NCBI GenBank assembly: GCA_964016885.1
Contig: OZ024741.1
Location: 206,026,001-206,090,000 of the forward strand
DNA: 64,000 bases
Origin: Eledone cirrhosa
Lineage: Eukaryota
Direction: 5' to 3'
Shown here: positions 1 through 11,800 of the stretch, piece after piece
Layout of the letters: each line of letters starts with the position of its first letter
Position numbering within the stretch: the stretch's first letter is position 1
Program-made: the position numbers and the translations under genes
The notes under the pieces: model-generated
Seen by the model: only the letters and a program-made list of their open reading frames with translations
Database searches by the model: none
Told to the model about the DNA's origin: nothing

Positions 1-124
1 AACAGTGTCTGCAGTTCTTTTTACATGCCAACACAAGAGCAAGAATGAAGTCGTTCATTCTACTGACATGGCTATAAAATTGAGGCTTGTTTGTATAATT
101 GCAAACGAATCAAATGTTATTATT

Positions 125-238
125 GATTCAAAGCCCGCCGAGGTTTACTTTGCCTTTCATCCTTACGGGGTTGATAAAATAAAGTACCAGTAATACAATG
201 GGTAATTGCTGGCCTTGTGCCAAAAGCAGAAACAATTA
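125..238 (+). mobile_element. tRNA-derived SINE, 5'-truncated
   Basis: Shares the CTTTCATCCTTACGGGG.TGATAAAATAAAGTACCAG core and GGCCTTGTGCC..AGAAACAATTA end with the other copies. Confidence 0.8.
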
Positions 239-296
239 TTGATATTCGTAAAACTCAGATTACATTTATTGTATTCAGCCATATAAAGCGAACACC

Positions 297-353
<57 letters not shown>

Positions 354-541
354 GAGGCGGTCGATTGGCAGTATCGGTAGAGGGTCGGACGCCATGCTTT
401 CGAGCATAGTTACATCCCTTTACAATCTGAGTTCAAATCCCGCCGAGGTTGACTTTGCCTTTCATCCTTACGGGGTCGATAAAATAAAGTACCCGTGATG
501 CACTGGGTAATTGCTAGCCTTGTGCCTAAAGTAGAAACAAT
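354..541 (+). mobile_element. tRNA-derived SINE, full length
   Basis: Pol III A-box-like TGGCAGTATCGG and B-box GAGTTCAAATCC, the family core, and a (TTA)n tail. More than 12 copies occur in the window. Confidence 0.85.
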
Positions 542-566
542 TATTATTATTATTATTATTGTTATT

Positions 567-3500
567 ACTCTTTGAGTCTCAGTCATTGATGTTAGTTAAC
601 TGGAAAGTTTGTTGAGATGAATATCAAGCCACTACCTGCAACCACAGATATTCAGGACGTATCGGAGGGTTCTTGCTGTTCCCAGCAAGCATGCCTTTTG
701 AAGCGTTCCAAAAAGCGTGAAGGGGCCAATTTTCTTTAACCATCCCTGGAAACTTTTTGAGATAGTACCTAGTGCGCCTATGACAATCGGGATCACTTTG
801 ACTTCATGGCAGTTCCAAATCCTTTTTACCTCCCACTTTAAGTCCTGGTATCGGTTAATTTTCTCCCTCTCCTTCTCTTGCACTCTCGTATCGAATGGGC
901 AGGCCACATCCACAATCAGGCACGATCTTTTTTCTTTGTCCAAAACCACCAGGTCAGGTCTATTGTGTTCCAGTTTCTTGTCCGTCTGTATCCTAAAATC
1001 CCACAGCACCTTCACCTGATCGTTTTCTATCACCGCCTCTGGCTTATGCTCATACCACTTCTCAGAATCTGGTAAATTGTTTACTTTGCATAGGTGCCAG
1101 TGGATCACCCTGCCCATCACATCATGTCTCCAGCCCTTATAGTGAGTCTGGGCTAGGTGTTTACACTCGGATACAATGTGAGCCACAGTCTCCTATCTCT
1201 CTCCACAGATCCTGCACAGTGGGCTAGCCTTCTCCTTGTAAATGTGGTGTTTCAACCACTTCGTTTTGAGGGCCTGCTCCTGCGCAGCCATTAACATTCC
1301 TTCTGTAGCCTTTTTAAGGTCTCCTCTTTTCAACCAGTTCCATGTCTATGGATCTCTGAATTCAGTTTTCTCAAAGAAGGTACTATGAAGGGATTTTTAC
1401 TGAAGGCTGCTCTTACTCCTTCTTGTTATTTCCTCCTTGGACATCCCCTGGCCTATTGTCCCCTCCTTCAGTACAGTTCTGAGCATTGGCTCCTTACTAT
1501 CAGTCACGTATTTGTGTAGGTTGTTTTTCTCCATCTGAACACAGTCCTCTATGCTGATAAGACCGCTTCCACCTTCAGATCTTCTTAAGTAGAGTCTATC
1601 GACATCACTCCTCTTGTGGAACATATTGTAGATAGTCAATAGCTTCCTAGTCTTCCTATCCATTTCTTTTTGTTCAGCAACATTCCATCTCAGAATTCCC
1701 GCACTGTACCTAATAATAGACACAGCTCAGGAATTTACTGCACTTATGGCATTCCTACTGTTCAGATGTGACTTTAATACGCTCCTTACTCTCCGAAGGT
1801 ATTCAGTTCTTATCAATTCCTTCATTTTTTTGTTCTTGATGTCATCAGCCTCCAGAAGGCCCAAATACTTGTATCCTTTCTCAGAGTCAATTTCCTTTAT
1901 CATCTCACCTGTTGGTATCTGGATCCCGTTACTTCTGCTCAACTTACCCCTCCTCCTCACAATGACTCCACACTTACTAATACCAAATTGCATACATATA
2001 TCATTGCTGAAAATACGGACAGTGTCAACAAGCACATCCAACTCCTTCTCACTCTTCCTGAAGAGCTTAAGATCGTCCATGAAGAGGAGGTGATTGATGG
2101 TAAGCCCTCCCTTTCCCAACCTGTATCCTGCTCTAACATTTCGCAGTACACTGGTCAGGGGCATCAGGGCAAGGATAAACAACAGAGAGGACAGACTATC
2201 TCCCTGGAAGATACCGCTCTTGATCTTCACGCTTCCCAAGGATTCTCCAGTTGATGTTAACTCTGTTTCCCAGGACTTCATACTTTTGCCCAACAACTGT
2301 CTGATGTTATCTGCCACCCTGAAGATCTCCAGGCTTTTGGTGATCCAAGAATGAGGCACCATGTCAAATGCCTTTTTGTAGTCTATCCATCCCATGGCAA
2401 GACCAGTGTGTCTCCTCTTGCAATTCCTCATTACCATCTTATCAATAAGTAACTGGTCCTTTGTACCACGTGACTTCTTTCGGCATCCTTTCTGTTCGTC
2501 CGGTAACAAGTTGTTTGTGTGGAGGTGATGGTAGATTTCCTCAGACATAATGCTTGTCAACAGTTTCCACATTACGGACAGACATGTGATAGGTCTATAG
2601 TTGGTAACATCATTACCCTTGATTCGGTCTTTCATTATCAGAACTGTGGTACCTTTTGTCAACCACTCTGGTACCTCACCTGACATCAAGCAGTCATTGA
2701 ACATGGTTGTCAGTTTCGGGTGGAGGGATGTTATGTTTTTAATCCAATACCCCTGCACACCATCTGGGCCAGGTGATTTCCAGTTGGTTAGTCTTTTGGC
2801 CTGCCCCTTAAGAGTTTCAACTGTGATACTCAAATCAGTTTGTTGGTGTGCCTGTTCACTGATCTCCTTCTGTACTGTCTCAATCCACACTGCCTGGTCA
2901 TTATGTTCAACATCCTGCTCCCATATTCCTCTCTAGAATGTTTTAGTTTGTTCCGCCTCAGGGATCAAGTCGTTGCCTCTTTCTTTCCCTTCAAGCTGTC
3001 CAAACAGCATCTTCTGGTTGTTGTCGAACATGCGGTTCTGTCTATACTGGCTGACTCTGTTCTCGTATCGCCTGATTTTTGCACTCTTTGCTACAATGCG
3101 TTGCTTCAGTTCCTCTATGATAATATTTAGCCTTTTCCTCCTAGTTTTGTACTTTATTTCCAGTCTATTTTTAGTGTCTATGTTTTTTAGTGTCCCATTC
3201 AGTAGGGACTCAAGCTTTTCAATGTCATTTCTCATTTCCCTGATTTGACCACTCAGTCGTTTCTTCCACCAAGGCTCTGCTCTTTCTTGTTTGTTGTTTC
3301 CTCTCGCTTTTATGCCAAGTAGTTTCCTCACCGTATTTGCTGTTGCTTTGAGGATATTGTTGCACTGGTGAAGGCTCCTCGCCTCAAGGTATGGGATGAC
3401 TTTGTTTACATTAGCTGTTGTTTCTTTTAACTTTTTCCTGTCTACAAATCTTAGGTTCATAGGTCTCCCACTATCATTGTTAAATTCATCTACCACTAAG

Positions 3501-4200
3501 TTTAGGATATCTACCAAATCTTGTCCTAGCCCGTCAGCATTCAACTCCTCAGTGGCCGTATCTCTGTTCTAGGTATTATTTATCTCAGCATTCAGATCAT
3601 TGTCTGTTTCGGGTGGTTCCTCCGTTCTCTCGACCTCTTCACCTTCATTTCCCACTGGCTCGTTTGCCTGGCATACTCCACCCTCCATCTCCAAGCTAAT
3701 CTCTCTGCTCAGTTCCTCCAGTTCCAGCTCGCTTATCCACCCATTAGTTCTTATTACCCGAGCCTGCCCGGCCAGTTTTTGTTCATCTAATTTAAATGGA
3801 CCAATCTCGTTCCAGATGTTATGCATCCTTTTCCTATAGCCTTTCTCCTTGGGGTTACTCTTCAGGTAACATTGCATGACAGTTCTATTCAATTCTTTCG
3901 TCCAGTTGGTTCTGGTCCCTTTCCTTCTTGTTCTTCCTCCGACACCAGCAGTATTTGGTTGACAGCCAGGTCCCTGCTGCTGAGCCAGGGAGCACCTGTT
4001 GGGTAAGAGTCTGTCACATGACATTCTAGTCTCCATTTCACCGTTATTCGAACTGTTTAGGTTCGACATTTAAACACTCTTATCGAGGATTGGCGAATGT
4101 ATGGTTACATAACCACCGGTGAATTACTTGTCTCCGGTGGTTTCGTCACCCCACGTGACTTTTGTGTGGCATTATCACGCTGTAGACGAACCCAAACAAA
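567..4200 (-). mobile_element. R4/Dong-clade non-LTR retrotransposon (RT + CCHC + restriction-like endonuclease), near full length, ORF disrupted
   Basis: ORF pieces 3569-4069, 2933-3544, 1727-2890 (NWKSPGPDG, GIFQGDSLS, HLLFMDDLKL), 1397-1723 and 632-1186 (HIVSEC, NRPDLVV..IVDVACPFD). The 3' end abuts (TAA)n. The 5' boundary is uncertain. Confidence 0.88.
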
Positions 4201-4379
4201 CAGGCAGAAAAAAACCCCAAAATGAATAAGCATAAGTTTCATTGTAATGTAGTGTTTGAATGTCTGACTTAGTTTTTCCCTTCCCTTCTCTGTCCGTCCG
4301 TTTGTTTTTCCTCTTCATTTTTATTTCCTTTACGTTTTTCATTTTGCTGTGCTGCTTTGATTTTGATTTTTTTGTTTTG

Positions 4380-5238
4380 ATTTTGACCGGGTCATCAATT
4401 CAGTCTATTTATATATTTTGATGCCTTCCTCTTTTAGTGAGAATTCTACAATGTAGCAGGGGCTAGCGGAAGAGAATAGCGGCGGTAGTGACAATGAGGC
4501 AGCGGCGGCGGCGCGATGGCGGTGCTGTGCCAGCAGCAACTAGCAGGAGGTAGTGGGAGAGAATAGCGGCGGTAGCGATAATGAGGCAGCGGCGGTGGCG
4601 ATGTGGTCGTATTACTGTAGCGATGGTGTTGAAGATGGAGTAGAAATTTGAGTCGACTTGACTAGAGTTTTCATCGTGGCAGTGGTGGTGGCACTGGTGG
4701 TGAAATTATCTTTAGTGAAATTATCATTAGTCGCGTATGTGTTGACATAAATTCCATAATATTGGAATTAAACATTTTGTTAAAATTAAAACTTGATTTT
4801 GATTATTGTTTTTTTTAAATTTTGACCGGGTCATCAATTCAGTCTATTTATATATTTCGATGTTTTCCTCTTTTAGTGAGAATTCTACAATGTAGCAGGG
4901 GATAGCGGGAGAGAATAGCGGCGGTAGTGATATTGAGGCAGCGGCGGCGGTGGTGGCAGTGCTGTGCCAGCAGCAACTAGCAGGAGGTATTGGGAGAGAG
5001 TAGCGGCGGTAGCGATAATGAGGTAGTGGTGGTGGTGATGATGTGGTCGTATTACTGTAGTGATGGTGTTGAAGTTGGAGTAGAAATGTGAGTCGACTTG
5101 ACCAGAGTTTTCATCGTGGTAGTGGTGGTGGTATTGGTGGTGAAATTATATTTACTGAAATTATCGTTAGTCGCGTATATGTGTTGACATATTTCCATAA
5201 TATTGGAATTAAACATTTTGTTAAAACTAAAACTTGAG
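4380..5238. repeat. imperfect tandem duplication of about 440 bp
   Basis: TTTTGACCGGGTCATCAATTCAG...TAAAACTTGA occurs at about 4381-4796 and again at about 4820-5238. Confidence 0.8.
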
Positions 5239-5632
5239 GCAATAGTAATAGTAATTATTATTATTATGCTGAGATTGGTGGTGGTGGTGGTGAAATTGCC
5301 GTTATCGGGCTGTTGTGTTTAGTGTACACAGAGGAGTGATGGGGTAGGTGGTGTATCTAGTTTCTGATGTTGGTGAAATTGCTGTTATTTGACTGTTCTA
5401 TATAGTGTAGACAGAGGGGGTTTTCTTCCATTTATAACCATTTTCTTTTTTGAATATAAGATGTATAATACAAAATTGAATATTTGAGCGATATAACAAT
5501 ATATTGTGGATCCGAATTTTTGGGGACTCAAGCTGGATGTTTTATGCAACATTTGTACTAAGAATTGTTATTTCACAATTGATTTAAATATGTTAAAAAA
5601 TCAAAACTTACGGGAGCGATTCCTCGACCTTC

Positions 5633-5705
<73 letters not shown>

Positions 5706-5717
5706 GTTATTGTTATT

Positions 5718-6415
5718 CCTTGAATCTCAGTCATTGATGTTGGTTAACTGGAAAGTCCGTTGGATTGAATATCAAGCCACTACCTGCAGCCTCAGATATT
5801 CAGGACGTATCGGAGGGTTCTTGCTGTTCCAAGCAAGCATGCCTTTTGAAGCGTTCCAAAAAGCGTGAAGGGGCCGATTTTCTTTAACCATCCCTGGAAA
5901 CTTTTGGAGATAGTCCCCAGTGCGCCTATGACAATCGGGATCACTTTGACTTCATGGCAGTTCCAAATCCTTTTCACCTCCCACTTTAGGTCCTGGTATC
6001 GGTTAATTTTCTCCCTCTCCTTCTCTTGCACTCTCGTGTCGAACGGGCAGGCCACATCCACAATCAGGCACGATCTTTTTTCTTTGTCCACAACCACCAG
6101 GTCAGGTCTATTGTGTTCCAGTTTTTGTCCGTCTGTATCCTAAAATCCCACAGCACCTTCACCTGATTGTTCTCCATCACCGCCTCTGGCCTATGCTCAT
6201 ACCATTTCTCAGAATGTGGTAGATTGTTTACTTTGCACAGGTGCCAGTGGATCACCCTGCCCATCACATCGTGTCTCCAGCCCTTATAGTGGGTCTGGGC
6301 TAGGTGTTTACACTCGGACACAATGTGAGCCACGGTCTCCTCTCTCTCTCCACAGATCCTGCACAGTGGGCTAGCCTCCTCCTTGTAGATATGGTGTTTC
6401 AACCACTGTTTCAAC

Positions 6416-6417
<2 letters not shown>
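5718..6417 (-). mobile_element. R4/Dong LINE, 5'-truncated 3' fragment
   Basis: CCHC zinc knuckle (CRICGEREETVAHIVSEC) and a frameshifted RLE domain, with (TTA)n on both sides. Confidence 0.9.
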
Positions 6418-6490
<73 letters not shown>

Positions 6491-6521
6491 CATAATTATT
6501 ATTATTATTATTGTTGTTATT

Positions 6522-8818
6522 CCTTGAATCTCAGTCATTGATGTTGGTTAACTGGAAAGTCCGTTGGATTGAATATCAAGCCACTACCTGCAGCCTCAGA
6601 TATTCAGGACGTATCGGAGGGTTCTTGCTGTTCCAAGCAAGCATGCCTTTTGAAGCGTTCCAAAAAGCGTGAAGGGGCCGATTTTCTTTAACCATCCCTG
6701 GAAACTTTTGGAGATAGTCCCCAGTGCGCCTATGACAATCGGGATCACTTTGACTTCATGGCAGTTCCAGATCCTTTTCACCTCCCACTTTAGGTCCTGG
6801 TATCGGTTAATTTTCTCCCTCTCCTTCTCTTGCACTCTCGTGTCGAACGGGCAGGCCACATCCACAATCAGACACGATCTTTTTTCTTTGTCCACAACCA
6901 CCAGGTCAGGTCTATTGTGTTCCAGTTTTTTGTCCGTCTGTATTCTAAAATCCCACAGCACCTTCACCTGATTGTTCTCCATCACCGCCTCTGGCCTATG
7001 CTCATACCACTTCTCAGAATGTGGTAAATTGTTTACTTTGCACAGGTGCCAGTGGATCACCCTGCCCATCACATCGTGTCTCCAGCCCTTATAGTGGGTC
7101 TGGGCTAGGTGTTTACACTCGGACACAATGTGAGGCACAGTCTCCTCTCTCTCTCCACAGATCCTGCACAGTGGGCTAGCCTCCTCCTTGTAGATATGGT
7201 GCTTCAACCACTTCGTTTTGAGGGCCTGCTCCTGCGCAGCCATTAGCATTCCTTCTGTAGCCTTTTTGAGGTCTCCTCTTCTCAACCAGTTCCATGTCTG
7301 TGGATCTCTAAATTCAGTTTTCTCAAAGAAGGTACTATGAAGGGATTTTCCCTTAAGGTTGCTCTTCCTCCTTGATGTTATTTCCTCCTTGGACATCCCC
7401 TGGCCTACTGTCCCCTCCTTCAGTACAGTTCTGAGCATTGGCTCCTTACTATAGGTCACGTATTTGTATAGGTTGTTTTTCTCCATCCGAACACAGTCCT
7501 CTATACTGATAAGACCTCTTCCACCCTCAGATCTCCTTAGGTAGAGTCTATCGACATCACTCCTCTTGTGGAACATGTTGTAGATAGTCAATAGCTTCCT
7601 AGTCTTCCTATCCATTTCTTTTTGTTCAGCAACATTCCATCTCAGAATTCCCGCACTGTACCTAATAATAGACACAGCTCGGGAATTTACTGCGCTTATG
7701 GCATTTCTGCTGTTCAGATGTGATTTCAATACGCTCCTTACTCTCCGAATGTATTCAGTTCTTAACAATTCCTTCATTTTTTTGTTCTTTATGCCATCAG
7801 CCTCCAGAACGCCCAAATACTTGTATCCTTCCTCAGAGTCAATTTCCTTTATCATCTCACCTGTTGGTATCTGGATCCCGTTACTTCTGCTCAACCTACC
7901 CCTCTTCATCACAATGACTCCACATTTACCAATACCAAACTGCATACATATATCACTGCTGAAAATACGGACAGTGTCAACAAGCACATCCAACTCCTTC
8001 TCACTTTTCCCGACGAGCTTAAGATCGTCCATGAAGAGGAGGTGATTGATGGTAAGCTCTCCCCTTCCCAACTTGTATCCTGCTCTCACTTTTCGCAGCA
8101 TAATGGTCAAGGGCATCAGGGCAAGGACAAACAACAGAGGGGACAGGCTATCTCCCTGGAAGATACCTCTCTTGATCTTCACGCTTCCCAAGGATACTCC
8201 AGTTGATGTCAACTCTGTCTCCCAGGACCCCATACTCCTGCCTAGCAACTGTCTGATGTTATCTGCCACCTTGAAGATCTTCAGGCTTTTGGTGATCCAG
8301 GAATGGGGCACCATGTCAAATGCCTTTCTGTAGTCTATCCATCCCATGGCAAGATCAGTGTGTCTCCTCCTGCAATTCCCCATTACCATCTTATCAATAA
8401 GTAACTGGTCCTTTGTACCACGTGACTTCTTTCGGCATCCTTTCTGTTCGTCCGGTAACAAGTTGTTTGTGTGGAGGTGATGGTAGATTTCCTCAGACAC
8501 AATGCTCGTCAACAGTTTCCACATTACGGACAGACATGTGATAGGTCTATAGTTGGTAACATCATTACCCTTGATTCGGTCTTTCATTATCAGAACTGTG
8601 GTACCTTTTGTCAACCACTCTGGCACCTCACCCGACACCAAGCAGTCATTGAACATGGCCGTCAGCTTCGGGTGGAGGGATGTTAAATGTTTAATCCAAT
8701 ACCCCTGCACACCATCTGGGCCTGGCGATTTCCAGTTGGTTAGTTTTTTGGCCTGCCCCTTAAGAGTTTCAACTGTGATACTCAACTCAGTTTGTTGTTG
8801 TGCCTGCTCACCGATCTC
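6522..8818 (-). mobile_element. R4/Dong LINE, 5'-truncated
   Basis: Same 3' UTR as the other two copies, flanked by (TTA)n on both sides. Confidence 0.9.
6596..8785 (-). CDS. RT-CCHC-RLE polyprotein of Dong-like LINE (729 aa uninterrupted, N-terminally truncated)
   Basis: RT motifs (DYRKAFD, QGDSLSP, FMDD, YKYLG), a CCHC knuckle and a PD..D endonuclease motif. Confidence 0.9.
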   Translation of the reverse strand: MSITVETLKGQAKKLTNWKSPGPDGVQGYWIKHLTSLHPKLTAMFNDCLVSGEVPEWLTKGTTVLIMKDRIKGNDVTNYRPITCLSVMWKLLTSIVSEEIYHHLHTNNLLPDEQKGCRKKSRGTKDQLLIDKMVMGNCRRRHTDLAMGWIDYRKAFDMVPHSWITKSLKIFKVADNIRQLLGRSMGSWETELTSTGVSLGSVKIKRGIFQGDSLSPLLFVLALMPLTIMLRKVRAGYKLGRGELTINHLLFMDDLKLVGKSEKELDVLVDTVRIFSSDICMQFGIGKCGVIVMKRGRLSRSNGIQIPTGEMIKEIDSEEGYKYLGVLEADGIKNKKMKELLRTEYIRRVRSVLKSHLNSRNAISAVNSRAVSIIRYSAGILRWNVAEQKEMDRKTRKLLTIYNMFHKRSDVDRLYLRRSEGGRGLISIEDCVRMEKNNLYKYVTYSKEPMLRTVLKEGTVGQGMSKEEITSRRKSNLKGKSLHSTFFEKTEFRDPQTWNWLRRGDLKKATEGMLMAAQEQALKTKWLKHHIYKEEASPLCRICGEREETVPHIVSECKHLAQTHYKGWRHDVMGRVIHWHLCKVNNLPHSEKWYEHRPEAVMENNQVKVLWDFRIQTDKKLEHNRPDLVVVDKEKRSCLIVDVACPFDTRVQEKEREKINRYQDLKWEVKRIWNCHEVKVIPIVIGALGTISKSFQGWLKKIGPFTLFGTLQKACLLGTARTLRYVLNI

Positions 8819-8889
<71 letters not shown>

Positions 8890-11800
8890 GGCGACCTACG
8901 TAGTAAATCGTATCATCGTGAGCTCCGCAAAGGTTTGTTATTCCTGTTTGTTAAAAATTGCCATTTATGGAAAATTTTATTGTTAACTGTTTATAAGCGC
9001 ACATACATTGTTTTCCGAAAAGGACACCCAAAAAGATTGGGGCCTTGTGCCCAAAATTTTAAACTTCTATGATAAATCAAAAAATTTCTTTGAAAAAAAA
9101 ATGGCTAATTCACCTCTGCACCAAGCAGCTGAGAGCCTTCCTCACAAACTAACACCTCACACCGACACCACCATTGTAAATATTACTACGTTTGCCAACA
9201 CAAAAAATTTAAGCAGTAGCAATATTTTAAATTTGTCTCTGGCAGACATTCATTTCCCGCCATTACCAATGACTGCAGGTGCTAAAGCCGCCACCACCAC
9301 TACCGCGACAACCCCCACCCCACCACCACCGCGACAATCACTTGTGCAGCCAGTCATTGCCTCCCCTACTTCAGCGGCTGTTATCGGCTTTTCGCAACAT
9401 TCCGCCACCACCGCGACAACAGAAACAAAAGGAAAAAATAAATCAACTCGTGATGTTGAAATATTTTCAACCAAAATGGACTTTTCCTCACCGAACACCA
9501 CTGACGTCACCACCACCACAACTGAAACTAAAATTAATAATAACAAAAATAACGATAACAACAACAGCAACAATGACATTAAAAAAACCACCCTGAGTTT
9601 TGCCAGAGTAGCAAAATAGTGCGAAGCATTTACGGTAACTCAGGAGGAATTAGAAAATGCCAAAAAAATGGTAAAGAAAGATGGGTACAGTGTCACCCTC
9701 ACCCCCCCACCTAATAAAATGGAGCATCGACGCCTATGCACCGTGTCGTATCGAACAATTAATGTAAAATCGCGCCGAGTGGAACGGGCATCCGAGTCCC
9801 AAATCCAAAAAGCTTTGGGACATGTGTGGGCAAGAAAAACCCACATCAGACGTGGGCAGAAGTATGGAACCGTGGACGTGTTCTTTGAAACACCAGGGGA
9901 GGCTAGAGAACATTCCATGGCCCCATTAAGAAGTGACGACTTCACACTCGTCCCAAGCTATTGTGGCCAGAGACTCGTAAAGATCAGGGTGACCCACGTT
10001 CCACCGGCCATCGAAATTCCCTGGCTAATAGCGGCCGTCCTCGCCGGCATCGAAGCCAACACAAAGATAATAGCAATAGCAAAAGAAAAGCAGGAGAACT
10101 GGTCTGGATCTGGGATGGAGCTCCTGATCCAAGCGGACCAAAAAAGCATTGAGGAGATCCGAGGTAATAGACCTCACTGACGGCAGCCACCTCACCGTAA
10201 TTGTCGAGGGCAGAAGGCCTAGGTGTGTCGTTTGTGGTGAAGGAACCCACCTAAGGATAAAAGGCCACCTCTCCTACCCACCCCAGTGACTCAACCATCA
10301 ACACCACCAGTAGCAGAGATGGCAACAACAACTGTAGCAACAACAACAGAAGCAACTATAACAGCAACAACCCCAGCAACAGTAGCAAAACCAACACCAC
10401 CACCACCAGCAAATCCACACCACCACCACCCAACGCTTCAGAACTAGCACCAGCGCCTACACCATCCACCACGCCACAACCAAAACTAACGCCTGTAGAG
10501 GATTTTCCACTCCCCGGCCTACCACAACTGGAGACAGATTGTGGCGACAAGGAGTGGAAAACGGTATCAGAAAAAAAGAAAAAAGAAACCAAAAAAGAAA
10601 AAATTCTCTTCCTTCCCCCTCCAAAAACAAAATACAGAGGGAAACAAATAAATTAACAAACAAAAAAGTTAGGACAGATATGCCACCATCCACACCAGCA
10701 TCACCAACCCCATCACCCCAAACACCAACACCATCACCATCATTAACCCCAACACCACCATCACCTACACCACAAAAGTTACCAAAATGCGAAACAGAAA
10801 CAAACCCACAACAAACGCAAACAAAACAAAACAACCAAAACGATACACACTACAGGGCATTAAATTTGAACAACAACCAATTATTACACTACATCCAACA
10901 CAACACCAGCATCACAGAAAAAGACTACACAACAACCCCAAAATTCACACCACCTCCACACATACAAATCACTCGCATCACACAGAAAACGTACATGACA
11001 CTAAAACAAAAATTCCCCAAAGACATCGGAGACTTCCGACAAGCACTCTCCAGGAGGATTTATAAGGACATCCTTCCTCAGGAGGCCACAAGCAGTGAAA
11101 AGGATGGAAAAACCGTCCTTCCTCTACGAGAAGTAATGTAAGTGGTCTTTCCCATCTTTTCCACTCCATTTCAACATGACCTCACTCAGAATAGGCAGCA
11201 TAAATGCGCGTGGCTTGGGGTCGTCATGGAAGCAGGGCCACCTGCTCAACGACCTCAGGTCACTAAACATAGATGTAGTGGCCAACAGCGAGACCAGAAT
11301 CTCCGAAGCACGGGCCTTCGCACCGATCTTCGGCGGCTACGATGTGTACGCATCACCCAGCCGTCCGGGATCGGGGGATGGGGTTGCTGTGCTGTTTCGG
11401 AGAGGTTTGGATCTTGCCATACGGGCCATCTTCCTGGACCCAGAAGGTAAGTTGGTGGTGCTGGACGTGACCAGCGGAGACGGGCAAGCTTTCAGGTTAG
11501 TGGCCGTCTATGCCCCGACAGGAGCAGGGCGGCCTGATTTCTTCCGGCGTCTGGAGACCTTTCTTGGAACGTCCCGCTCTTTAGTATTAGTGGGCAACTG
11601 GAACGGGATCTTAGATGCACGCTGGGATTGTGTGAGATTAGTGGATAGGGGAGGAGGGTGAAAGAGTCTCACCAACCTGCTCAGGCGTTTTGAACTGTCT
11701 GACAGGTACCGATTGGATTTCCCGAATGTACCAATGTGGACTTGGACAAATCGTATAGGGTCATCCAGATCATATCTAGATAGAGTATTTTGTAGGGAAA

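Noticed and set aside
354-450. tRNA gene suggested by A and B boxes
   Set aside because: There is no cloverleaf, and the boxes are the head of a multi-copy SINE.
4070-4260. HDV-like ribozyme at the Dong 5' end
   Set aside because: Hairpins are present, but I could not assemble the nested double pseudoknot by eye.
717-8903. Numerous plus-strand ORFs over the Dong elements
   Set aside because: They are antisense shadows of the minus-strand RT ORF.
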